Source: Opitutales bacterium (GTDB lineage: Bacteria > Verrucomicrobiota > Verrucomicrobiia > Opitutales > JABSRG01). From it: a stretch of DNA of 64,000 nt. A model generated the notes under the pieces. That model ran no database searches, had not been told where the DNA came from, and saw nothing but the letters and a program-made list of their open reading frames with translations. How positions within the stretch are numbered: the first letter of the stretch is position 1; every line of letters begins with the position of its first letter. Shown here one piece after another: positions 9,702 through 17,425 of this stretch. The translations under genes were made by a program, and so were the position numbers. The stretch lies in assembly GCA_028280845.1 (NCBI GenBank), contig JANQKZ010000006.1, forward strand, positions 135,512 through 199,511, written 5' to 3'.

Positions 9702-10474
9702 CCGCATTGGATGCATTGGCCTGGGGGCAGACCATTCTGGTCATGGGAATCGTGCTAAGCTCCCTGGAATACCTCGCCCTTAAGCGCTGGTTTGGCGCGG
9801 GAAAGATTTTCAGAGCGATGGCCCCCTCCGGCACGGGAGTGAACAGCTTCTATGCGCTTGCTTTGGTCATGGCGACGCGCGCCCTGGCAGCTGGCCTGCT
9901 CTGCTTTACCCCGATGGATCATATGTTGCGTTCAGGGATCCTCCTCTTCCTGGTTGTAATGACACTCTGGCTTTTCCACCGTATTCCCTTTGGCCAGGAA
10001 GGCGGAGACCAGTTGACCTTGATGGCCCTGGTCCTGCTCTTCATCCAATCCCTGGATTCTCAAAACCTGATGGTCGCTCAGGCCTGCTGTCTGTTTTGGT
10101 CCGGGCAACTGGTACTGGCGTACCTCAAAACGGGCTGGATTAAATTTGCATACTCGGGATGGCGAGATGGGACGTTGTTGCAGTTACTGGGATCCAGCGA
10201 ATTGTACGGGCATCCTTTCTTACACAAAATGGTACAAACCCAAAAAGGGCAAAAAGGGGCGAGAGCTGTCCTTCTTTTTATTGAATGGGGACTTCCGCTG
10301 AGCCTGTTACTTCCCCCAAGTGTATTTTATGTCTTTTTTACACTGGCCCTGCTATTTCATTTCGCCAACGCCGTGTTCCTCGGGTTGGGCGGATTTTTCT
10401 GGGCGATGGCCGCCGTCTTTCCTTCCCTGATTGTGACGCACGGCCTTATTCAGAGGGTCCTCCAGTCGCATTAA
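9698..10474 (+). CDS. Polytopic membrane protein, HTTM/SdpB-like
   Basis: 258 aa with about 6-7 TM helices. The GQEGGDQLTLMALVLLF, QLVLAYLKTGWIKFAYSGWRDGTLL and LALLFHFANAVFLGLG segments fit the HTTM (vitamin-K carboxylase-related, SdpB-type) pattern as I recall it. Confidence 0.4.
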   Translation: MTALDALAWGQTILVMGIVLSSLEYLALKRWFGAGKIFRAMAPSGTGVNSFYALALVMATRALAAGLLCFTPMDHMLRSGILLFLVVMTLWLFHRIPFGQEGGDQLTLMALVLLFIQSLDSQNLMVAQACCLFWSGQLVLAYLKTGWIKFAYSGWRDGTLLQLLGSSELYGHPFLHKMVQTQKGQKGARAVLLFIEWGLPLSLLLPPSVFYVFFTLALLFHFANAVFLGLGGFFWAMAAVFPSLIVTHGLIQRVLQSH

Positions 10475-10478
10475 TCCG

Positions 10479-11396
10479 ATGAAGGAATACTCCGTCAACG
10501 CTGGCCCAAGGGTCCATATCCAGGAATTAGATTCCGGGACCCATGCCGCGTTTAGCCGAATGACGTTTCCCCGGTATCGTTCAAAGGTGACGGAAGTCTG
10601 TCCCACTCATCATCTTCGACTCGCCGCTTTTTCCCGGGATAAACCGATCGGGCTCTTGTTAGGTGAAATAAAAGCCCTATCCCGGGAAATGGAAATTCTG
10701 TCTCTCTTCGTCATTCAGGGAGAGCGGAGGAAGGGAGTCGCCACCGCTTTACTGCAAGAGGCAGAGCGGATTTTAGTCAGGAATAAGGTCAAATCCATGG
10801 CCCTGGTGTTTATGGAAAAGACACAAACCCCACATCCCTTACGCCCCCTCCTGGCCAGTCAGCAATGGAACTCACCGGAAATCCGTATGGTGAGCTGCTT
10901 TTCACCTAAAACCCTCCTGTCCAGGGGCCCCTGGGTGAAGCCATACGTCAACCTGAGTCCGAGGCTAGTGTTGAAAGCCTGGGTAGATTTAACCGCCGAG
11001 GAGCGCAAGTCGGTTTACCGCGAGGATGCTCCAGAAGTGCTCAAGCCAAACCCGAAAGATCGGACCCTGGAACCCGTTTCCAGTATCGTCGTCTTTGAGG
11101 GAAAGCTTCCGATTGGGTGGATGATCAATCACGAGATTGACTCCGACCGAATCCGCTTCTCCCATCTATGGGTAAGATCTGGTATCTCCCCACGACAGTT
11201 GAACGGGATCGCCCTGGTCGGACATTCGATTCATCGTTGGGCGGAATCCCCCGCCTGCCAGGCATTAGTTTTTGCCTCCATGAACTTTCAAGCCCACAAC
11301 CGACCTATGTGGAATTTTTTGACCCGGCACTTAAAACCATATCTAGATGATATTCGCTTCTCCTTTGGGGCTCGCAAAGAACTAACCGAACGATGA
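10479..11396 (+). CDS. GNAT-family acetyltransferase, two-lobed (paralog of 16501..17409)
   Basis: Acetyl-CoA-binding-type segment ILSLFVIQGERRKGVATALLQEAERIL, plus a second C-terminal lobe. The stop overlaps the lanM start (ATGA). Confidence 0.7.
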   Translation: MKEYSVNAGPRVHIQELDSGTHAAFSRMTFPRYRSKVTEVCPTHHLRLAAFSRDKPIGLLLGEIKALSREMEILSLFVIQGERRKGVATALLQEAERILVRNKVKSMALVFMEKTQTPHPLRPLLASQQWNSPEIRMVSCFSPKTLLSRGPWVKPYVNLSPRLVLKAWVDLTAEERKSVYREDAPEVLKPNPKDRTLEPVSSIVVFEGKLPIGWMINHEIDSDRIRFSHLWVRSGISPRQLNGIALVGHSIHRWAESPACQALVFASMNFQAHNRPMWNFLTRHLKPYLDDIRFSFGARKELTER

Positions 11397-14300
11397 AAAT
11401 CGAATCAGCGGATCTGCAGCAGATTGCCTCCCGGGGGCTATTTCTCCACGAAAGGATCGCCCTGAACGAAGCGTTTTCCTCCGCCTCCGAGGCCGAAAAT
11501 CCATCCTCCGTAGAGCGACGGGTTCAAGCATGGAAAAAAGCCGGAGCTGCAGGCCACGAGGATGCCTTCCACCGCCTCCTGCAAAACGATGAGCTCGACG
11601 ATCCGGATTATACCCTCCTCTTCGAAGAATCCCTTCGCCTCAAACCAGAGGCATTTCCCGACTGGGTAAACCGAGGGGAAGCCCTTCTGGAGTCTTACTC
11701 CAAGACAGCGGAACTGACTTTTGATGAACTGGAGGCGAGCCTGCCTTTTCTCAACTCTGATACCCCGGTCGCCTTTGAACACTTGCTTGGCCCCCTGGTC
11801 TGTTTTTTCGCCCGACAGGTGGAGGCGAAATGTCCTAAGCTCCTGAATTGGGTAAGTCACTCGGCATGGAATGAATATCAGCACACCTTCCTGGTCACCC
11901 TTGCCATGATCGGCTCGGAGACCCTTGGTCAGGAGTTCAGTATATTCCGGGCGGTCCGGAAAACGATGCAGGGAAAGTCACCCGGCCGGCAGCCAGGTTC
12001 GAGGGAAATATATGCCGCATTCGTCGACCATCAAAGGCGAGGTAAATTGGTCAAGACCCTGACCCGGTATCCCCTGCTCCTTCGCTATTGGATAAGCACC
12101 GGGTATCAATTCGTCCGTAACGCAGTCACATTCTTCCACCACCTGGAAACCGATTTTGCCGATATTCGGGACGAATTAAACCAAGGTAAATCCCCAGGCA
12201 AAGTGTCCAAGCTCACTCCTGGTATCTCCGATCGTCACGATGGAGGAAAGACCTCGGTCCGCGTTGAATTCGAGGACGGACTTCGGACCATATACAAAGC
12301 AAAATCCCTGGATACCGAGGTGGGATATCATCGGCTGTTGGATTGGTTGAACCAACAAGGCCTCTCTACTCCCCTGAATGGATATCATGTTATTGATAAA
12401 CAGGGACACGGTTGGGTCGAATTTGTCGATGTTCAGGCCTGCCGGAATAAGGAAGAGGTCAAGACCTACTTCACCCGGGGAGGCATGCTCCTCGCTCTTT
12501 TCTACGCCATCGAGGGCAGTGACCTTCATAATGAAAATCTCATCGCTCACGGAGCGCATCCCGTAATCGTCGACTTGGAAACCATCCTCCAGTCTCGTCC
12601 ACGATCCCTGGAGGAAAGGGGTCCCGGCCAGGCTCTCATTCAGGCAAACCAGTTTTTCTACTGGGATTCCGTTTTCCGGACTGCACTTCTGCCCCGTTGG
12701 GAAATAGGGCCTGAAGGACAGAGCTATGACATAAGTGGCCTGGGCGGAGTTCAGGAACACACCACAAGTTTTGTGCAGAAACAGTGGAAACAGATCAACT
12801 CGGACGACATGCAATTAACCCGGCAAACCTTATCGACATCGCCTAACCAGAATGTCGTCCGTTTGAACGGGACGATTCAACTGCCGTCCGATCATCGGGA
12901 AGAACTGCTTCAGGGGTTTCGGGAGATGTATGCCTTGCTTCTGGAGAAGCGGGAGGAGCTCCTGGCACCTGGTGGCCCCCTGCATAGACTGTCCCGGTGC
13001 CCGGTCCGCTTTATTCAGCGCAATACCCGGATCTATGTGACCCTTTTAAGAAAACTGGCTCTGCCTAAAAATCTAACCTTTGGGCCGGATGCCAGCATTG
13101 TGGTCGAATCCCTTGCCCGACCTTTTTTAAGCCTCGACGCACCACACCCTTACTGGCCCCTCGTGAAAGTCGAACGGGAAAATTGTTTTCACCTTGATAT
13201 TCCGCGGTTCATGGCAAATCCGGATTCAGCCGACTTGGAGATTTCCGCTGAAAAAACGCTGCCCGCCTTTTTTGAAGAGCCGGCCTGGGAGCAGGTTCAG
13301 AAACGGTTCAGGACCCTTTCTGAGGCGGATTGCGACCTTCAACAAGCCTTTATCCGATCTTCTTTTGCCAGTACGCCCAGCCAGTCACTCGAGCCACCCC
13401 CAACGGATATCAATCCAACAGCCTGGGAAAATGTGGATCCCCAGGCCTGGGAGGACGAAGCCCTGGAACTCGCAGAAAAAGCCTGCCATGCTGCCATTCG
13501 TTCCTCAGGAAATGAGGTGTCCTGGTTAACTTTGTCCTATTTTGCGGAGGCGCAACGATGGCAGGTCCAACCCATGGCCGCCCGGCTTTACGACGGGCTA
13601 TGTGGTCCCCTGGTCTTTCTCGCTGCGGCTGAGCGCGTATCCGGCGGCTCCCCGGAGTTTCGAGCCACCCTCGAAGGAACCGTGCGATCCATTTCCAGTT
13701 TTCTTCAGGACGCTTATGCTGCGCGATACCTGTTTGAGGCAGGTACGGGAGCAGGTCTGGGAGCTTCCAGCTTGATTTATGCCCTGGTTGTTGCCGGCGC
13801 CTTACTGGAAGATCGCGATACCCTGAACTTGGCTGAAAAATGCGCCTTCTGGGTCGGAGAGGACCAATGTGAGGCCGACCAGCGCAATGATTTATTGGGC
13901 GGCAATGCCGGGGCCGTCTCAGCCTTCCTGGCCCTCCATTCTGTCCGCTCCTCCGGGACCTGGATGGACCGGGCCCTCGCCTGTGGCGATCTCCTGCTGG
14001 GCCAACGGGTCAAGACGGATTCGGGATACCACACCTGGCTGACCTTGGAGAACAAACCACTCCTGGGCTTTTCCCACGGGGCCGCCGGGATCATCATGGC
14101 TTTGAGCCAGCTGGGTGAACAGTCCGGGGAAAGTCGGTACATCGAGGCGGCAGAAGAGGCCCTCGCCTATGAGAATTCATTCTTTGACGAGGAAAAAGGC
14201 AATTGGCCCGACCTGCGCTATCGACAGACCAAAGACGGGTACCACTTTACAAACCGGTGGTGCCATGGTGCGCCCGGGATTGGCTTGGGACGGCTTTACA

Positions 14301-14650
14301 CGCCCTTGCCGGGCTTGGTCGAACAGGATATCCTCCGTGCCTTGGACTGCACGAAATCGCAACCCCTTACTCCCCTGGATCATTTATGTTGCGGGAATCT
14401 TGGCCGAGCCCAGGCCCTTCAAGTGGGGGGACTCCGCACCGGGGACACAAGCCTGGTCCTATCGGCCCAGAAATTGACCCAACAAGTCTACTCCCGGGCC
14501 AGAAACCAAGGGGGTTACGGTCTGGGGCTCGCGCCCGGGCTGGACATTTTTTCCTTTCACCAGGGCCTCGCCGGGATCGGCTATCATTTCCTCTGGATGA
14601 ACCACCTGAACACCTTACCTTGTATCCTCGCATGGGAAACAACACCGTAA
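11393..14650 (+). CDS. lanM: Class II lanthipeptide synthetase (LanM), ProcM-like CCG type
   Basis: 1085 aa. The N-terminal dehydratase region carries the kinase-like loop DLHNENLIAHGAHPVIVDLETI. The C-terminal LanC-like cyclase has GFSHGAAGI, WCHGAPGIGL and DHLCCGNLG. Confidence 0.93.
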   Translation: MKIESADLQQIASRGLFLHERIALNEAFSSASEAENPSSVERRVQAWKKAGAAGHEDAFHRLLQNDELDDPDYTLLFEESLRLKPEAFPDWVNRGEALLESYSKTAELTFDELEASLPFLNSDTPVAFEHLLGPLVCFFARQVEAKCPKLLNWVSHSAWNEYQHTFLVTLAMIGSETLGQEFSIFRAVRKTMQGKSPGRQPGSREIYAAFVDHQRRGKLVKTLTRYPLLLRYWISTGYQFVRNAVTFFHHLETDFADIRDELNQGKSPGKVSKLTPGISDRHDGGKTSVRVEFEDGLRTIYKAKSLDTEVGYHRLLDWLNQQGLSTPLNGYHVIDKQGHGWVEFVDVQACRNKEEVKTYFTRGGMLLALFYAIEGSDLHNENLIAHGAHPVIVDLETILQSRPRSLEERGPGQALIQANQFFYWDSVFRTALLPRWEIGPEGQSYDISGLGGVQEHTTSFVQKQWKQINSDDMQLTRQTLSTSPNQNVVRLNGTIQLPSDHREELLQGFREMYALLLEKREELLAPGGPLHRLSRCPVRFIQRNTRIYVTLLRKLALPKNLTFGPDASIVVESLARPFLSLDAPHPYWPLVKVERENCFHLDIPRFMANPDSADLEISAEKTLPAFFEEPAWEQVQKRFRTLSEADCDLQQAFIRSSFASTPSQSLEPPPTDINPTAWENVDPQAWEDEALELAEKACHAAIRSSGNEVSWLTLSYFAEAQRWQVQPMAARLYDGLCGPLVFLAAAERVSGGSPEFRATLEGTVRSISSFLQDAYAARYLFEAGTGAGLGASSLIYALVVAGALLEDRDTLNLAEKCAFWVGEDQCEADQRNDLLGGNAGAVSAFLALHSVRSSGTWMDRALACGDLLLGQRVKTDSGYHTWLTLENKPLLGFSHGAAGIIMALSQLGEQSGESRYIEAAEEALAYENSFFDEEKGNWPDLRYRQTKDGYHFTNRWCHGAPGIGLGRLYTPLPGLVEQDILRALDCTKSQPLTPLDHLCCGNLGRAQALQVGGLRTGDTSLVLSAQKLTQQVYSRARNQGGYGLGLAPGLDIFSFHQGLAGIGYHFLWMNHLNTLPCILAWETTP

Positions 14651-15561
14651 CACTCAGTGTCCTGGAATTTGGCTACTTGGGCCCCAATCAGGACGCCCGC
14701 CTGCGCCTACAGGCTGTCGTGGACCACGGCCCCGTCTTCGAAGCCATGGGGTTTCATCGATATTGGTTGGCCGAACATCATGAGGCACACTTCGCCTTCG
14801 CCGTGCCGGAACTTATGATCCCCGCAATTGCGGCGAAAACTTCGACCATTCGTTTGGGAACGGCCGGTGTGCTCATGCAATTCCACAGCCCCCTGAGAAT
14901 CGCAGAATCCTTCCGCATGCTCGAAGCCCTCTACCCCGATCGCATCGACTGTGGTGTCGCCTCCGGGGTTACCGCCCATGTCGAGGTCCGCAAAGATCTT
15001 TATCCCGACTTTGACTTGGATCGCGCTATCCGGGATCGCCAATACACCCAGCACGTGGAGCGCCTCATCACCCTGCTGCGGGATGAAGCCCACTACGACC
15101 ATCGCCATTACCGCAGTGTGAGCCCGGCTCGGCAAGCCAGCCCGGCCATCACGCTCCTGGGCGCTGCCCGAGGCAAGGGAAACCAAATCCTGGCCTCCCG
15201 GCACGGGACCGCCTTTTGCTATTCTCTGGCCCATGGTCCCTCCGAACAAGGCCCGGCCATTTGCCAAAGATATCGAGAAAACTTTCAGGCCAGTAAGACC
15301 CTTCAGGAACCCAAGCTACTCATCGCCGCCACCGTCATATGCGCCGAAACCAACGCAAAAGCAGTCGAGTATTTGAATTACTTAAAAGCGATGAACCAGA
15401 CCGTGGGCACAGTGATTATGGGTAACCCGCGATTGTGCCGGGATAAAATACTCCAGCTTTGTGAACAGTTTCAATGCCATGACTTCGTCATCATCCCCAT
15501 GTATCCCAAGGCCCATCAGGTCACAGAAGGCATGGAACGCCTTATGGAGACATTCTCGTAA
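14632..15561 (+). CDS. LLM-class (luciferase-like, group 1) flavin-dependent oxidoreductase
   Basis: LSVLEFGYLGPN...GFHRYWLAEHHEAHFAFAVPELMIPAIAAKTSTIRLGTAGVLMQFHSPLRIAESFRMLEALYPDRIDCGVASG matches the luciferase-family group 1 pattern. The homology starts at the ATG at 14632, which overlaps the lanM end by 19 nt. The ORF-track start at 14203 is an out-of-frame run-in through lanM. Confidence 0.85.
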   Translation: MGNNTVTLSVLEFGYLGPNQDARLRLQAVVDHGPVFEAMGFHRYWLAEHHEAHFAFAVPELMIPAIAAKTSTIRLGTAGVLMQFHSPLRIAESFRMLEALYPDRIDCGVASGVTAHVEVRKDLYPDFDLDRAIRDRQYTQHVERLITLLRDEAHYDHRHYRSVSPARQASPAITLLGAARGKGNQILASRHGTAFCYSLAHGPSEQGPAICQRYRENFQASKTLQEPKLLIAATVICAETNAKAVEYLNYLKAMNQTVGTVIMGNPRLCRDKILQLCEQFQCHDFVIIPMYPKAHQVTEGMERLMETFS

Positions 15562-15596
15562 AAAAAAGCAGGATCGGAAATCCTGCCTTTTGATTT
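15560..15596. terminator. Bidirectional rho-independent terminator between the LLM gene and the precursor operon
   Basis: The A-run at 15560-15567 is followed by the hairpin gcaggat-cggaa-atcctgc at 15568-15586 and then cttttgattt. Read on the minus strand, the hairpin is followed by T8. Confidence 0.75.
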
Positions 15597-15618
15597 AAAC
15601 TGAATGAAGGCCTGGGAA

Positions 15619-15999
15619 CTAGACGCAACCGCCAACCGCGCCCACACCGGGATAACCAATGCTAACGGTTGAGGTCACCGCACAAGAGGCTGCACAGGAT
15701 GCTGCGCACCGCGCGCCCCCTGCTACCTGTTCCAACTCACTATCGGAGAGTTCTTCGTCCTCATCGACAGGCTCATCGAGAATGATATTCACGAGCGCAC
15801 CCTTACCATCGTGAAACTTGACCGAGATCCCATCCGGAACGGGTTTGGCCGATTGCTCCATGATGGCCGCCTGGGGATCGCTCAGGGCTTTTTCTCGAAA
15901 AGCAGCATCGGTACGGGCACGTTCAATGGTGGAACGAAGCAGGTCCTCAATATCACGCGGTTCCCAATTCGGACTAGCCGCACTATCGAAGTCTGACAT
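15619..15999 (-). CDS. NHLP-leader lanthipeptide precursor A1 (core 15622..15714)
   Basis: 126 aa. The leader ...AFREKALSDPQAAIMEQSAKPVPDGISVKFHDGKGALVNIILDEPVDEDEELSDSELEQVAGG fits the nitrile-hydratase-like leader (NHLP) pattern and ends in a double glycine. The core is ARCAASCAASCAVTSTVSIGYPGVGAVGGCV. Confidence 0.88.
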   Translation of the reverse strand: MSDFDSAASPNWEPRDIEDLLRSTIERARTDAAFREKALSDPQAAIMEQSAKPVPDGISVKFHDGKGALVNIILDEPVDEDEELSDSELEQVAGGARCAASCAASCAVTSTVSIGYPGVGAVGGCV

Positions 16000-16001
16000 G
16001 A

Positions 16002-16334
16002 CTAGAATCCTTGACTGACGACACAGCTAGCGGCGCAACTGCCTCCGCAACGATTTCCGTCTCCGACACCCCCTGCTACTTGCTCCAATTCGCTGTCACT
16101 CAATTCTTCGGCGACAGGATCAGGCAGGACAAAGGTAAAGGTAGCTCCAGCGTTATCCACGAAGCGGATAGAAACACCTTCCGGAATGGGTTTATCCGTG
16201 AATTTTGCGATGGCCGCATGGGGATCTGACATTGCGAGTTCGCGTAATTCGGGATCAGTGCTTGATTTTGCTAGAAGTTCGGAAGCAACTTCGTTAATTG
16301 AATCTTCGGTCCAGGGTCCGGGATCGATGGCCAT
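16002..16334 (-). CDS. NHLP-leader lanthipeptide precursor A2 (core 16005..16067)
   Basis: 110 aa. The leader is ...ELRELAMSDPHAAIAKFTDKPIPEGVSIRFVDNAGATFTFVLPDPVAEELSDSELEQVAGG and the core is VGDGNRCGGSCAASCVVSQGF. Its stop lies 2 nt upstream of the A1 start, and an AAGGA Shine-Dalgarno for A1 sits inside its last codons. Confidence 0.88.
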   Translation of the reverse strand: MAIDPGPWTEDSINEVASELLAKSSTDPELRELAMSDPHAAIAKFTDKPIPEGVSIRFVDNAGATFTFVLPDPVAEELSDSELEQVAGGVGDGNRCGGSCAASCVVSQGF

Positions 16335-16500
16335 AAGGTATCCTTACTAGAGGTTAATTCGTGGTGTTTAAGAATTGAGATAGCGACAGAATGGATTTTC
16401 TGTAGCTGGAAGTGTTAGGGCATCTTTGCCTGTGTAAAGGTTGAATTTAACCTACTATGCCCTATTAGCCCCCCTGTTGAGTTTTCATGGTTTATTTACA

Positions 16501-17409
16501 ATGCCTAATATAGGGTCTATCCCCGATCCCCGCCTGGTGGACTTGGAAGACCTGCGGGCCCTTCGATATCGCTCCTTCACCTTTCCGACTCATGCCAATC
16601 TGCTCTCCCAGACAGAGAGACCGGAAGTCGTGGCTATCGGGTTGGAACGGGCAGGACGACCCATCGGCCTGGGACTCGGGATGCGGGGAAACAGTGAAGC
16701 CTATTCCGGTGACATCCTGTCGCTGGCCGTGGCTGCCGAATATCGAACCCAAGGCTACGGCAGTGCGCTCCTCAATCGTTTGGAGTGCCGCCTTCAGCAA
16801 AAGGGGGCCTGCTTTGCCAGCCTACAGTACATGTCCCACCAGAAGAGCACCCCTTATCTGGAACGCATGCTTCGTTCCGCTGGTTGGGAAGAGCCAGTCC
16901 ATCGGCAATTGTTCTGTGCCTCCACCTACACAAGGATTCTAAAGGCCCCCTGGATGCGCTTCAGAACCCTGCCGGACGGCTTCGAGACCTTTTCCTGGCC
17001 TGCAGGACTTCAAGATTCGGAATGGAAACGACTGACTGGCGAAGGTGGGCGAGCGTCCTGGTTCCCGGAATTGTTAAATCCCTTGCATAGCGTGGAAGAC
17101 ATCGATGGAGAAAATAGCCTGGGATTGCGGTTTCGGGGGGACCTGGTCGGATGGCTGATCGCTTTCCGGATTGCCCCGACGACCGTCCGCTATCAAAAAC
17201 TCTTTATCAAGGATGAATTCCAGAAACAGGGATTGGCGATTCGACTCCTGGCGATGGGGATTTATCCCCTGCCCTCCACTGGGGTCGACTCCGCGGTCTG
17301 GGATGTGATCCCCACTAGCAAGAATATGCTCAATTTTGTTGAGCGGGGTTTGCGACCCTACTGCACAGAATACAAATGGTCGATGGGAGCCATCAAACGG
17401 TTTTCCTGA
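16501..17409 (+). CDS. GNAT-family acetyltransferase, two-lobed (paralog of 10479..11396)
   Basis: ILSLAVAAEYRTQGYGSALLNRLECRL GNAT core. The segment STPYLERMLRSAGWEEP...APWMRFR aligns by eye with TPHPLRPLLASQQWNSP...GPWVKPY of the other GNAT. I prefer the ATG at 16501; the ORF track opens at a TTG at 16441. Confidence 0.7.
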   Translation: MPNIGSIPDPRLVDLEDLRALRYRSFTFPTHANLLSQTERPEVVAIGLERAGRPIGLGLGMRGNSEAYSGDILSLAVAAEYRTQGYGSALLNRLECRLQQKGACFASLQYMSHQKSTPYLERMLRSAGWEEPVHRQLFCASTYTRILKAPWMRFRTLPDGFETFSWPAGLQDSEWKRLTGEGGRASWFPELLNPLHSVEDIDGENSLGLRFRGDLVGWLIAFRIAPTTVRYQKLFIKDEFQKQGLAIRLLAMGIYPLPSTGVDSAVWDVIPTSKNMLNFVERGLRPYCTEYKWSMGAIKRFS

Positions 17410-17425
17410 TTTCCCCACATAGTCC

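Noticed and set aside
12176-12814. Long antisense or alternate-frame ORFs inside confidently called genes (for example 7114-7770, 12176-12814, 38080-38880, 44584-45330, 45006-45617, 48749-49582, 56490-57200, 58377-59270, 62084-62812, 62143-63054)
   Set aside because: These are shadow ORFs, expected in GC-rich DNA. Each lies wholly within a gene with strong family motifs, has Arg/Gly/Pro-biased or low-complexity translation, and shows no recognisable domain.
14203-14631. N-terminal 143 codons of the 452-aa track ORF 14203..15561
   Set aside because: This part runs inside lanM in another frame and is Pro/Arg/Gly-rich with no homology. The luciferase-like similarity begins at the Met at 14632, so the gene was trimmed to 14632..15561.
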